DNA of 64,000 nt from Cenarchaeum sp. (GTDB lineage Archaea > Thermoproteota > Nitrososphaeria > Nitrososphaerales > Nitrosopumilaceae): assembly GCA_963693095.2 (NCBI GenBank), contig OY843768.1, positions 448,001 to 512,000 of the forward strand, in the 5' to 3' direction. The notes beneath the pieces are model-generated. The model had not been told where the DNA came from. It searched no databases and saw only the letters and a program-made list of their open reading frames with translations. The position numbers and the translations under genes are program-made. Positions 43,854 through 57,200 of this stretch are shown piece after piece; the stretch's first letter is position 1, and every line of letters begins with the position of its first letter.

Positions 43854-45124
43854 TCTGCACAACGCGGCGATCTGGCCTGCGCGGCACGATTGCGTGTCCG
43901 GCCAGCAAGAGCTATACGCACAGGGCGCTCTTTGTGGCCTCGCTTGCCGACGGCTCGAGCGCCGTGCGCGGCGCGCTTGACTCACTTGACACGCGCGCAA
44001 CGGCCCGCGCGTGCGAGGCATTTGGCGCTACTGTGGACGGGCTCGGGACGCGCGAGGTTTGCATAGTCGGCCGCCCGCACCCGCACGCCGCGTCTATAAA
44101 TGCCGAGAACTCGGGGACGACACTGCGCATCGCCGCCGCAGTCGCCGCACTCTCGCCGGAGGTGACGAGGCTCACCGGAGACGAAAGCCTCTGCAGGAGG
44201 CCAGTCATGCACCTCGTCGACGCGCTCGAGTCAATGGGCGCGGCGTGCGAGTCTGCCGGCGGAACCCCGCCGCTCTCGGTTCGCGGGCCTGTCGGCGGCG
44301 GCCGCGTGAGCGTGCAGGGCAACGTGTCAAGCCAGTTCGTCTCGGCCCTCCTAATCATGGCCCCATGCACGCCTGACGGGATGGCGATATCTATCGAGGG
44401 CACCGTCGTGTCACAGCCGTACATCGATGCGACGATATCAGTCATGCGCCGCTTTGGCGCGCACGTCGAGGAGCGCTCTGCGCACAGGTCATACTTTGTC
44501 GCGCCGCGCCGATACTCGCCTGCGACGATCGACGTGCCATCTGACTATTCGAGCGCGGCCCTCCTCCTTGCGGCATCCGTGCTCACCGGCGACTCGCTCT
44601 GCGTCAGTGCGGGAGATGCGGGAATGCCACAGGGCGACACTGCGTTTCTTGGCATGCTTGACTCCATGGGCGTGCGCGTGTCAGATGCCAACGGTGCGCT
44701 GCGCACCTCCTCGCCTGATACCCTGCGCGGCGGCTCCTTTGACCTGTCTGACACGCCAGACCTCCTGCCGCCGCTGGCAATCCTGTCGCTAAGGTGCCCT
44801 GAGCGCATGGAGATAACGGGCATTGCGCACGCCCGAACAAAGGAGACTGACCGCATCGCAGTCCTCGCCGAGCAGCTCGCGCGCCTCGGCGTGCGCACCT
44901 CACAGCGCGATGACGCGCTCCTCCTCTGGCATGATGTCGGCTCTAAACCGCATGGCGCATCACTTGACTCTTGCGGGGACCACCGCATCTTTATGGCCCT
45001 GTGCATCGCCGGCCTTGCCCTCGGCGAGACGACAGTGGATGGTGCCGAGTCTGCCTCTGTGTCGTATCCGGGCTTTGTCGATGACATGCGCCGTGTCGGC
45101 GCGCAGATCGAGCTGGGCGCCTAG
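43850..45124 (+). CDS. aroA: EPSP synthase
   Basis: Motifs SKSYTHRA, NSGTTLR, SSQFVSALL, KETDR and DHR. Confidence 0.95.
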   Translation: MICTTRRSGLRGTIACPASKSYTHRALFVASLADGSSAVRGALDSLDTRATARACEAFGATVDGLGTREVCIVGRPHPHAASINAENSGTTLRIAAAVAALSPEVTRLTGDESLCRRPVMHLVDALESMGAACESAGGTPPLSVRGPVGGGRVSVQGNVSSQFVSALLIMAPCTPDGMAISIEGTVVSQPYIDATISVMRRFGAHVEERSAHRSYFVAPRRYSPATIDVPSDYSSAALLLAASVLTGDSLCVSAGDAGMPQGDTAFLGMLDSMGVRVSDANGALRTSSPDTLRGGSFDLSDTPDLLPPLAILSLRCPERMEITGIAHARTKETDRIAVLAEQLARLGVRTSQRDDALLLWHDVGSKPHGASLDSCGDHRIFMALCIAGLALGETTVDGAESASVSYPGFVDDMRRVGAQIELGA

Positions 45125-45169
45125 GCTGCCACATAGCCACGCCGTTCTGGCGCCCCTGCGATCACGTTC

Positions 45170-45190
45170 GGGGGGGGGGGGGGGGGGGGG
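45170..45190. repeat. Homopolymer G21
   Basis: Counted directly; lies between aroA and the giant gene's TATA box. Confidence 0.9.
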
Positions 45191-45240
45191 CATGGGAGAC
45201 TGGGTGAGTTATGGCCCGTGCGGCAGATATGGCAGAGTGA

Positions 45241-45248
45241 TTATATAC
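45241..45248 (+). promoter_or_regulatory. TATA box (TTATATAC) of the giant surface-protein gene
   Basis: About 25 nt before ATG 45272, the leaderless spacing seen for many genes in this window. Confidence 0.7.
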
Positions 45249-45271
45249 TTGGGCGTTTCTCTAGGCGCACA

Positions 45272-48200
45272 ATGTGGGCTTGGAGGGCTGCCGTGGTGGC
45301 TCTAGTGGGGGTTGTTGCGCTCGGTGCGATCTCTGGCGTGATGGCCCAGGAGGCGCTGACGGCAAGCCCACTCACGACGCGCACGCTAGTCGACGGCGTG
45401 CCCACGCAGGTCCACGCAAAGGTCGGCTCGACAATATCCATCTCCGTAGAGACGTCCTCGGCAGTCACGATTACCACCTCGGACGTGTCGTTCTTTGGGC
45501 GTGGCAGCCAGGCCGTTGCGCCAACGTCAGTGACCGGCAGCGGGACGTCATGGGAGGTGCGCCTCAACGTGGTCAACTCGCACGTCGAGGGCCCGCTGCG
45601 GTTCTGGATTACCGCCCATGATGCGGTGATGCCGACTAGCACGATCACGCTCACCGAGGCCGACATTGCCGGACACCATGTCAGCATTGACCGGACGCGG
45701 CCAGAATTCACCATCACGCCGACGTCATCGACGACAACGCTAGTGACGCTCAACGAGCCGCTCTCGCCGCTAGTTGCCGCGTCGCGCGAGCTTGACGTGT
45801 CACGGTGGTGCGTCAATGACTCACAGACCCGGCAGATCATGTGCTCGCCTGATGCCGACTATAACAGGGACGTGACATCTGCGACCGTGCTGTCCTTGGG
45901 CCTGTCGCCGGTGATCCTGCTGACCCACGAGCCGGTGGTTCACCTCTCTGACATGGTTGTGGTCTTTGACCACCACGACACCTCCACGCCGTTCCTGTTC
46001 ACCGACGCTGCGCTGAACCTCCCGGCGATCCCCGCATCACAGTCGGGTGTTGATGCGTCCATGCAGCGCATCTTTGTGTCCCCGCCGGCCGCCTCGTCTG
46101 ACCACGTGTTTCCGTTCACCGCGGAGTATGACGTGGGCAACCGGAGGATCCTTGTGCGCATGGGAGACGCGATAGGGCTGACCGGCAATCTGACGCCGGC
46201 CAACTGGCGTGTGGAGCATGGGGAGCCTTCGCCTGATGTCACCACAAATGACCTCCTGACACGGACCATCACGCAGTCTCCGCCGTCTGAGACTGATCTT
46301 CACGTCAGGTACATCGGCCTTGTGCCTGCGGCGACGGTGCCCGAGAACGCAAACCTGTGGGTCACGTACACGCCGGGCGGCTCCCCGCCGCTTCGCGTGG
46401 GCACCGCCGGAATGATCCTCACGGGCAGTGCCCAGTTTGCGCTAAACCCCGACACGCGGCCAACGACGCTGACGGTCAGCGCGCAGCGCGATTCGGGCTC
46501 CGGACCGGCCTCTTATGATGGCGACTTGAGGGCATCTGACACCATCACAGTCACGATGCGCCTCAGGGAGGCGACACTGAGCACGTCAGTCCCGACGATA
46601 TCGTTCTTTGGTGAGGCGGCCGTGGACATGACGGGCACTGCAGGCGGGCGGGACTGGACCGCCACGCTTGCCGTTCGTGACGATGACGCGTCCACCGATG
46701 GGGTCAACGAGGGCACGCCAGAGGGCAGCGTGGAGTTTGACATCACTGCGACGAACGTGGGGCTCACGGCGGTGCGCTACGACGAGTCGCACGTGACTGA
46801 CGGCTCGTCGGTGAGCGTGGATCGCACGCCGCCACAGGTCCGCACGGCAAAGTTTGTGGACTCGCGCTCAGAGATACACGTTGTGCCCGATGAGCCCGTC
46901 TCGCACACGTCATTGACGGATCTCTTTACGGCCACTAGCGGCGGCTCGGAGGTGGAGCTCTCGGACGTGACGTTTGACGCGCTGCGTGGCGCATACGTGA
47001 TCGAGATCACCGCGGCCGCGCAGGGCTCGACATACGTCCTCACGCCTACGGCGGGGGCGATCACGGACGGTGCGGGCAACGCGCTTGCCGGATCGTTCAG
47101 CGTGGTCGACGAGTCCGCCGCGCCGACAGTCACGTCAATGTCACTTGATGTCCTGCGCGCCGACGAGGCCGGCATGTATGTGCTCCGCAGCGGGGCGCAC
47201 GCCGAGTACGCAATGGCCGATGACGTGATCCGCGTAACCCTCGGGCTCAACGAGATCACCCATCCCATCACGGTGCCGACCGTGCGCTTTTTTGACCAGC
47301 AAACTCCAGTTGCCATGAACGGCTCACCGGGCGACATGGCCTGGACGGCAGACTTTCTCGTCACGTCCATGACGCGTGAGGGGTCTGTCGAGTTTGACAT
47401 TGTCGCCCTGGACTATGTCGGCAATGCTGCAGACATTGACGAGACTGGCGTCACGGACATGTCAGACGCAATCGTCGACCTCACGGCGCCATTGGCGTCA
47501 CCGTCCATGACGTTTAGCTATACTGCGACTCCGACGGGATTCACGCTGTTCTTTGCGGAGGATCTTGACGACACGACTGTCATGACCTCGGCCTTTGTCC
47601 TAAAGAGCCCCGAGGGCGGCGTCGTCATGCAGAGTGCCGCGCCGACCTATGCGGCCTCGACGCCTAGCGCGCAGGCCGGTGTGAGCTTTACGACTGCGGC
47701 GCTCTCTGACGGGGACCATACAGTCGAGATCGCCACCTCGCTCACCGACAGGGCCGGAAACTCGTACGTGGCCGACGATGTGACCGTATACGTTGACACG
47801 ACGGCCCCGACGGTGACTGGGATTGCCACCGAGTCCTCCACGACGACAATAGTGACGCTTGATGAGGCAGTCATGGCCGACGGCAACGCAGCTCAGCGCT
47901 TGCGGCACTGGACGGTGACTGATGATGACCCTGATGGGTCGTCTGGCCCTATAGAGGCTCCCGTGAGGGCGATCTCAAACGTGGAGGTGATAGACACGGA
48001 AGGCATGGCCGCCGCGTCTGGCGAACGCATACGCATCACGCATGCGTCCCTGGCCTCGACTGCCTCGACTCCGACTGTGGCGTATACGCCAGTGTCTACT
48101 GACGTTGGTGGCATCGGCGCAGTCACCCTTGGCCTGGTGACTGACGCCTCGCCACCGCTGGCCACCAGGCTTGCTGCCGTGCCGGCCACAGAGGCAGATG

Positions 48201-51200
48201 ACCTTGCGTCCCCGACGGCGAATGATCCGAGCTTTACGAACGCGCGCACGATAACGTTTACGCTGAGCGAGCCTGTGGTGCGGACGTTCCTTGAGCGAAC
48301 GACCGTCTCGCCCTCCCTTGGGACCGTGACTGTCAGCGTTGACGGACTCCGTGTCACCCTGAGCGGCACGACTAACGCCATTGACGGCACAACATACTCG
48401 ATAGAGGTGCCTAGCGCCGTGAATGACTTGAGGTGTGTTGGCATGCCGGACACATGCGAGCCCAACATGTTCTCGCTCGATAGTGTGGAGCTGGTCTATG
48501 GTGACACATACGCCCCCACGGCAGATTCTGCGACCTTTCTGTCCTCCTCGCGCATAGATGTTGAGGTCAGTGAGACACTCGATGCAGACACGCTGTCTGG
48601 CATTACAGTAAGCCCGCCACTGGGAACTCTCACAGTGACCCAGTTTGACCTGACAGTCGTGATCAGCTTTACCGGCACGCCGAGTGCCGGCACGGAATAT
48701 ACGGTGACGATTCCGACGACGGTTACTGATGCGGCCACTCCGCCCAACGCCTTTGCCCTCACCACGCTCACGGAGACGTACAGCGCTGACATGACTCAAC
48801 CCACATTGGTCTCTGCCACCCAGACGTCATACGGCGTGTTCGTCTTGAGGTTTAGCGAACCCATCACGGGGACTACCACAACGGGTGACTGGTTCGTGTG
48901 GGATAACCGAGCTCCGGATCTTGATCCAGATGCTATTCGATTTCCCGCCATAGTGAACGTCGCGCTGGACGGCGGCTTTGCCACCTCTGCGACTTCGCTC
49001 ACAATACCTGGAACCGGCGCACTTGTGCGAGAGATCACGCTGTCAGTCAGGGTCGAGTCCACAGAATCCAGGCCGATAGTTCAGCATGTTGGAAGCGGCC
49101 TTACGGATCTGTCAGGTAACATCCTTCGAGACACTGACAGGAGCAATGAGCATGGTTCCGTACGTACCATAGACGAGGCACCTCCTGAATCCCTGGGCAT
49201 CGTGGTAGAGTCGACCAGAGCGCGCCAGGCAGATCTGGTTCCGGGCATCGACATTGGCACACAGCTCGTAAAGACTGGAGACACGGTGACATTTACTGTT
49301 GAGTTTGATGGCAGCTCGAGCGCGCTTCGCACAGTTTTTCCGCGCACAACACTTGAGGTAAACCCAACAATACAGTACGTTAGGGGCGGTACGACATACC
49401 CGCTGGCATACCATAGTGATGTGGAGAACTGGTCGCACACCCTGGCCATCACAGGGGATATGCCTGATGGCCTGCTCGTGCCGTTCATAACGATCAAAGA
49501 CCAAGCCGGCAACATCGGAGAGTACCTGGGAGCATCCACCAATCCCAATGCGTGTGACCGTATCGCGGACGCTATACCTGCGAATCGGGCGACAGGGTGC
49601 CTGCAGGGGGTGGGACTAGAGCAGGGCCTGCCACGGCTCTTCCCCACCGTGGACAACTCGCCGCCGGTGATCGAGTCAGCAGAGACGACGACGACTACGA
49701 CGACGCTAGTCACGCTTGATGAGCCTGTCCTCACATCTACGGGCACGCCCGCCCAGATTGCTGACAACTGGGCGATGACTAGCGGCACAGATACCGTCAA
49801 CGTCAGCTCGGCGGCCGTGGATGGCTCCGAGGTGACGCTCACACACGATACGCTTGACACCTATGCGACGCCGACGCTCACATACACGAGGGGGACAACT
49901 GAGGATGCGGGACGCATCATTGACAGGGTGGATAACAGCCTTGCCCAGGCAGACTCGGTTCCCGTGGCAGACGGCACGGCACCCGCGTTCGTCTCGGCAA
50001 CCATTGGGGCATCACCGTCGCGCACGGTCACTGTGATATTCAGTGAGGATATCGCCCGGTCCTCGGTGAGCGCCACGACGATAATGCTTGAGGACTCGGA
50101 CGGCACGGCCGTCGGGGGCACCCTGCTGTACCACGATCCAGACAACGAGGACACCGTGGCGATAACGTTTCCGTCCAGCGCTGTGGCGCTAGACGGCATG
50201 TACACCCTGCGCATAACGACGGGGATAACGGACGCCTCGCCGCAGGCGAACCCACTGCCAGCCGAGGCTACGGCAAGCATAGCCCTAAACACGGAGGCTC
50301 CGTACATGGTGTCGGCCACAACACGCCTTCCAGCCTCATCACTCCTTGCTCTCTCTGGATACAACACTCAACCTGGACCTGTCAGCACCGTGTTACACTT
50401 GTATGATGGGGCACAGTCTAGGTCTGTGGTGCCCTCGCCGCTTAGCGCAATCACTACGGTGACACTCAGCGAGCCTGTGACTACGCCGGGTTCTGCCACT
50501 ATGGAGAATGTGAGATCCCACTGGAAAGTTGCGGCAGGCTCGACGGACCTGACCGTGACGTCCGTTGCCGTGTCTGGCAGGACAGTCGCCATAACGCACT
50601 CTATACCGGCCAGTACGGACAGCACGTTCACGGTAACGCACACGGTCGGCGACAGTGCGGGGCTCGTCATGGACTCGGCGAACGCCAACATCGCAGACGA
50701 TGAGAATGCCCAGTCATCTGATGGCATCATCCCACTGTGGAGCGCGCGTCTCACAGGCCCCACGACTGCGCTAGTGACGTTCAGCGAGCCGGTGATGCAG
50801 GTTCCTGGCACAACTGCCATTGACGCGTGGAGGGCATCTGGCCGCGGTGACCTTGCTGACCAGCGAATGGGAGAGGACAGGTACAGCCGCGCAAACGACG
50901 GCGATCGCCGCCTGGCAAGCGCCACGCTCTCTGATGACGGGAGGAGCATGACGCTGGAGATGAGCGCGGCAATACCCACAGACGACAGGGCGTACTCGGC
51001 CACAAACCTCCCCTGGATAAAGTACTATCCTGGCGCATTTGCGAGGCAGTCGCCGGTGCCCGCCACAGCCATCGCCAACACAATCGTGGACTTGGCAGGC
51101 AATGCGCTAACTGACCGCGTGTACCAGACAGGCGACGGCATTGCCCCCGTTCTCACAGTCGCCTCGTTTGACGGCACGACGATGAGCGTGACGTCATCCA

Positions 51201-54200
51201 GGCCGCTTGACTCGGCGACGATCCAGGGCGGCAACTTTGTCCTGAGGGGGCCGGGCTCGCTGACAACCACGCACACGCCGACGCTTGTGGCGGGCGGCAC
51301 GACTAGCGCGTTCTCGCTGGCCTTTTCGCCTGCCCTGACGCTGTCCGGCTCGTACACGATGGTTCTCGGGGACGTTTATGACACGGTCACCACGCAGCAT
51401 CCGGGCGAGACCAGGGCAGGCAACCGCCTCGTCCTCAGCGAGCCAACAGTCATGTTCCTCCCGTCGGGCGCCACGAACCCAGTGCTCGCATCGGCCGAGA
51501 CGCTCACAAAGACGACGACGCAAGTCACGTTTAATCAGCCCGTGGAGGGCATGACGTCGCGCAGCCAGTGGACCATCACGTCACAGGGCCTGACGATAAA
51601 TGTCCTCGGCGTGGCCGCCGGCTCGGCGACACCCGTGGATAGCGCCGATCCAATAACGGTTGCCCGCAGTGGCGCGACGCTGACAATGACGCTGCTCCAC
51701 GATGCCATCTCCTCGGGCCTGACGCCTGGGATTGACTATGATCCCGCCGGCGATACCAGTATAGCCGATGCGAACAGGCTGCGCGACAACTCCAACAACG
51801 CCGTATTGGGGACTGGCACCACTGGCCCCACGGCGACTGACGGCATTCCGCCGCAGGTGTCTGATGCGACGTTCATTGCACGCAACGGGCTCCGGTTGAC
51901 CTTTGAGGAGCCCCTTGCGCAGGCAAGCGTGACGGCGATGGGCACGACATTTACGATCACCGACCCGTCAGGGGATCCCGTGAGCCTTGCGAGTGATAAT
52001 CCCGTGAGCTATTCCGCATCGTCACAGTCAGTCACGCTGATCCTCGAAGACTTTACCACGGAGCATGGCGACTATGGCATCACAATCGTCGGCGTCACTG
52101 ACACCGTGTCGCCTACCGCAAACTCGTGCACCGCCATGACGTGCACGACAACGGCGGACCGCGAGGTTCAGCTTCCGGTGCTGGGCACCACTGGCTCGCT
52201 TGTCGCCAGCGTCCTGTCAGGCGACCCGCTGGCCGCAAAGTCCACAAACCCAAACATCGCCACGGGTGGCGACACGCTGCGTGTGGCACTCACGCTGGCT
52301 GGCATTGTGCCGGATCCGGCCGCGCCGTCTGTGATCGACTCGGCACTCCTGAGGGATATTGACATCCCGACGATCAGCTTCTTTGGTGGCGCAGAGGTGA
52401 TCATGACTGACGTCACGCAGGCAGGCTCGCCGGCAAAGTCATCCTGGTCTATTGACTATATCGTGCCGTCCACGCCGCAAAGGGATGCACAGGCCGAGTT
52501 TTCGATAACGATCGGACATAACCTCGACACGGCCACGTTCACGCGGGCCGAGCTGACGTCTGGCACGGCAGTCAGCGTCGACACAAAGCCCCCCGGCCTC
52601 TCGGCGTCTGCTGCTGACCCCCTGTACACGAGAACCGAGGCGGTGGGCGCGACTGCTGGCCTCGGCTCGGCACGCAACGCGCAAGTGGGCGACGTGATGC
52701 TCGTCGTGCTCACCACTGACGAGCCGCTCTCTGGCGTCATCCTCGGCGATGCGACATTCTCTAGCGGCCGTGCCGCAACAGATGTCTCGTCTGACCACAC
52801 GTCGCGCGGAATCACCCCCGCGCTCCCGGAGGACACGTACGTCTATTCGCGCACCGTGGCCTCTGATGAGCCCGAGGGTCCTGTAGAGTTCTCGATCACG
52901 GTTCGCGACGCAGTCGGCAACACGGACACCCTGGACGCCGATGACCTGCCCACGGGGGATGACGCGACGGGCTATCGCCTGAGCGTCGACAGGACAGCGC
53001 CTACTGTGAGCAGCGCAATGTTCACCTCTCCTACAGTGCTGACCATAACGTTCGGCGAGTCCGGGATTCAAACGCTGCCTGCGACGCTGACGCTGACTAG
53101 GACATCTACGCCAGGCACGACGACTTCGACGCTGACTGCGACGCTCTCCGGGGAGCCTGATGGCGCGTCTGTGACATACACCGTTCCGGCAATCCAGCCG
53201 TACGCCCCCGAAAGCGCCGAGTACACGTTCACGCTGCCTGCGACGATCCTCGATGATGCGCTCAACGCATACGTGCCGCCCGCAGACGCCATTATGGTCT
53301 CCGAGTCACCCGTCACGATCTCCTCGGCTGAGACATCGTCGACTACCGTCACGGATGTCACGCTCTCGGCGCCGCCGGCCGCACTGGGCACCGACGCAAC
53401 GCCTGCCACGCCAGCCACGCCTGCGCAGATCGCCTCGCACTGGTCAGTCTCTGAGGTTATCGACGGCACGACAGTCACCAGGGAGGTCACGGGCGCTGCG
53501 ATAACGGACTCCACGATTCGCCTCACGCACGCGCCCCTTGCGTCATCATCCTCGACTCCCTCGGTGGCGTACACGGCGCCTGCGTCACGGGCGGTCGGAC
53601 AGCTCGTTGATGCCACCTCGAGCACGCTCTCTGTCCAGACGTTTAGCGGAACCGCGGCTGATGGCGCGCCGCCCGTGATGACGGCACGCTTCACAACGCC
53701 TGCAATCATCACAGTCACGCTGGACTCGCCGTACGTGACCACGCCGGCCGAGCGGGCCCCGGCGCTGTCAAACACAATGTCCCCGATGGACAACGCCGCG
53801 ACGTTCACGCTGGCCCAGGCCCCGCCTACGACGCTCACGCTGAGCCTTGGCGGCACCGTGGATGACGGGACATACGAGTTCACAATCACGGTATATGACT
53901 CAAACGGCAACATGGGAGTACAGGCCTTTTCACTCGACAGGGACTCGACTAGCATATTCGCCTCGGCAAGAACCCTCTCGCACACAAGCGTCGAGGTCTC
54001 CTTTGCGCTCGGCACGGCGCTAGCGCAGGGCGTGACCTCCCTTGATCCCGCGCGCTGGACAGTCATCACGCCCGTGGAGGGCGCCCAGGGAGCCACAACG
54101 ATCACGGTGGCCTCCGTGTCGGCCCTCGCGGACAACAAGGTGACGCTCACGCTGGCCTCGCCGGGCATGGTGGCCTCGGACGGCACGCCTGACACGGCGG

Positions 54201-57200
54201 CAACGCCGACCGTAAAGTACACGCGCGGCGTGGGTGACGCCGTCGAGATCCTCGGCTCGACCTCTGAGGAGCTAATGTCAGACTCAAAGCGGGCAACTGA
54301 TGCGGCCCCGCCGACTCCCCACTCGGCCGTGACGTCCTCGACGGCCAACGGCGAGAGGCTCGTCATGGCGTTCAGCGAGCCCCTGTACGTTGGATCCGTG
54401 GCCGCCCCCGGAATCACAGACGCTGAGATTACCTCGCAGCTCTCCATCCACGTCGACGGCGCCACGGAAGGCACGGCCCCGTCGTCCATATCGCGAAGCT
54501 CTGATGGCACAGAGCTCACGCTGACCTATACGGGAGTATCGCTCAACCCCGTGGCCGCATCCACGTTTGTCCGCTATGACGGCACGCTGCCTGTAGGCGA
54601 GCGCATTCTAGACGTCGTGCCCAACACGCTGTCTAATGCTGCCCTGGACACGCTCGTGACGGACATGATAGTGCCGTCGATATCATCGGCCAGGACTGCG
54701 GGGGCCACGACGACAGAGGTCACGTACGACGAGCCGATCGCCCTGGTCGGCGACCCCGCCTCACTCTACGCGATAGAATTTCCGGCCGGAACCACGACGT
54801 CCCCCGGCTCTGTGGCCATAAAGACCGGCGATCCCAGCGTGGCCGTCCTGACGCACTCGTCTGTCACGTATGGGGTGGACTCTACTGCGACCCTGGCCTA
54901 CACGGCCGGCACGGCAGTGCTGTCCGTGACTGATGCGGCAGCGGGCGCAAACAGGGCAGAGGCGGCCACGGAGGTGCGAATTGCCGACGGGATCGCCCCA
55001 AAGATAACGGGGGTGGAGACTGAGTCGCAGACGACGACGATCGTGACGCTTGATGGCCCTGTAACGGCCGGCGGTGATGCCGCACAGCGCTCGCGGCACT
55101 GGACCGTGACTGACGTTGACCCTGACGGCACAGGGCCGGTGGCCGCGCCAGACAGGGCAGTCTCGGGAGTCGACACCATTGACGCGGCTGGCGCCATAGC
55201 CACATCGGGCATGAGCATTCGCCTCACGCATGCCGAGCTCTCAGACACGGCCTCGACGCCGACTGTCGCGTATGTCGCGCGCGTCGACAGCAATGCGGAC
55301 GGCACGATCGACGCCTCAGACGAGCCAAGCAGGGTCATCGACCCCGCCGTCGATGTGTCCAGCATGCCGGCGCCAAACATACTGGCCGGCTATACGACGA
55401 CTGCAATTGACAAGGCGCCGCCGGTTATAACGGCAAGGTTTGCGACTGCGACATCGATAACCCTGACGCTCAGCGAGCCCATAGAGCGCACGACGGCGCT
55501 CCTCACGCGCTCCAACTGGGACATTGACAGCGCAGGAACCGGTGACAATCCCCGCCTGCTCCAGACCTCCACGCAAACGGAGACGGCCGTGTCATACCCC
55601 GCCTCCACGCCATTATCCATGACGATTCGCCTTAACGATGCCGCATCTGACAATGTCCACACGCTTACCATCCCGGCCGGTATAGTCGACAGGGCAGATA
55701 CGCCCAACGCCTATGTGGCATCGCGTGCGCTGACCGTCGATCCGATCGCAGGAGTCGCGTTTACGGCAAGTGCGACAGGACAGTCAACGATCGAGATCAC
55801 GTTCACCACGGACGTCGAGAGGATCGGCTCCGCTCCGCTGGCCACCTCGGCATGGATCGTCTACGAGACACCAACACAGGGCACACAGGCAGAGCGCATC
55901 CCGATCTCCTCAGTCTCAGCCCTTGCCGACAACAAGGTGACACTGACGCTCTCGCCCTCGCCTGGCAGGGATGCGCAGACGTCGACTGGAAAAACGCCAT
56001 ACGTCGAGTATGTGCGCGACACCTCTGAGTTTAGGGATGTGGCCACGCGTGTGCCCCTTGCGGCAGAGGCGAGCGCGGTTGCCACTGATGACACCGACCC
56101 GACGATAAAGTCGGCTAGAACGTCATCGACCACGCAGATCACCGTCACGCTCAACGAGCCAGTCGGATTTGTGGGCACGGGAGCCAATGCGCCATCTACG
56201 GCAGGCCAGATCGCGCAGTGGAGTGCATGCGTCCCGCCCGAGGGTTCCTCGTCATGCACTGTGGCCGAGACGCTCTCGAGCATCGGCATAGCCATCTCTG
56301 GCTCCACAGTGACGCTGAACTTTGCGCCGGCTGACGAATGGGAGACAGACGTCGTGCCGGTTGTGACATACCGCAACATCGACGAGCCAGAGGACTCTGA
56401 GACGCCCGTGGCTGACCTCTCGGAGCGCGCGCGCGCACGGCTAGTCGACGTCAACGGCAATGGCATGGACGCAGTGTCGTACCAGTCCGCCGACGGCGTC
56501 GCGCCGGTCATCGTGTCGGCATCTACGGCCTCGGTCAGATCCATCAACGTCGTGCTCTCCGAGGTGTCCGTGTTCGCCCCCGCGTCATCCACGTCGGCAC
56601 AGCGTGGGCCTCACTGGACGGCCACTGTGGATGGCACGAGCAGTGCAGGCTCGACTGCGGCGATATCGACGGTATCAGGCACCTCGACTCTCACGTTCCG
56701 CGTCGCCTCTGAAGGCGCATGGACTGGAGACGACTCCCCGACTGTCGCCTACGTGGACCCTGCCGGTGCCGGACGCGTGACTGACGTGCATGGCAACGCC
56801 ATGCTGGTGGCCTCTGGGGTGATGACGACCAATGTGGCGGCTCCCGAGCTGCTCAGCGCAAGAACGGTGTCGCTTGGCCGCACCGAAGTGGTGGTCTCAA
56901 AACCCGCCCAGATCAACGCTGGCACAGCCGCACAGGTGATTGGGCACTGGTCACTTCTCGACATCGACGGGGGTGACGCCGGCGATGCCCCTGATCCCGT
57001 GACGATCAGGGGTGTCCGCCTAGATGACAGCATATCCCACGAGCCGGCCTCGTCTGTCGTAGAGCTCTCCCTGTCCGGCTCGCTGCCAAATGGTGTCCAC
57101 GAGATAACCGCACGCAACACGATCGCCTCGACGGGGGGCACGACGCCCTCGTCTGACCAGACGACGCGCATTACGTCCTACGTCCCGCCGATGGTCTTTG

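Noticed and set aside
50843-50851. RGD integrin-binding motifs in the giant protein (also 57305-57313)
   Set aside because: One or two RGDs are expected by chance in ~5,200 residues of this composition, so there is no enrichment.
53068-54519. Long antisense ORFs (483 aa here, 454 aa at 59488-60852, 369 aa at 27440-28549, 315 aa at 37151-38098)
   Set aside because: They mirror real genes codon for codon, as expected in high-GC DNA, and have no motifs of their own.
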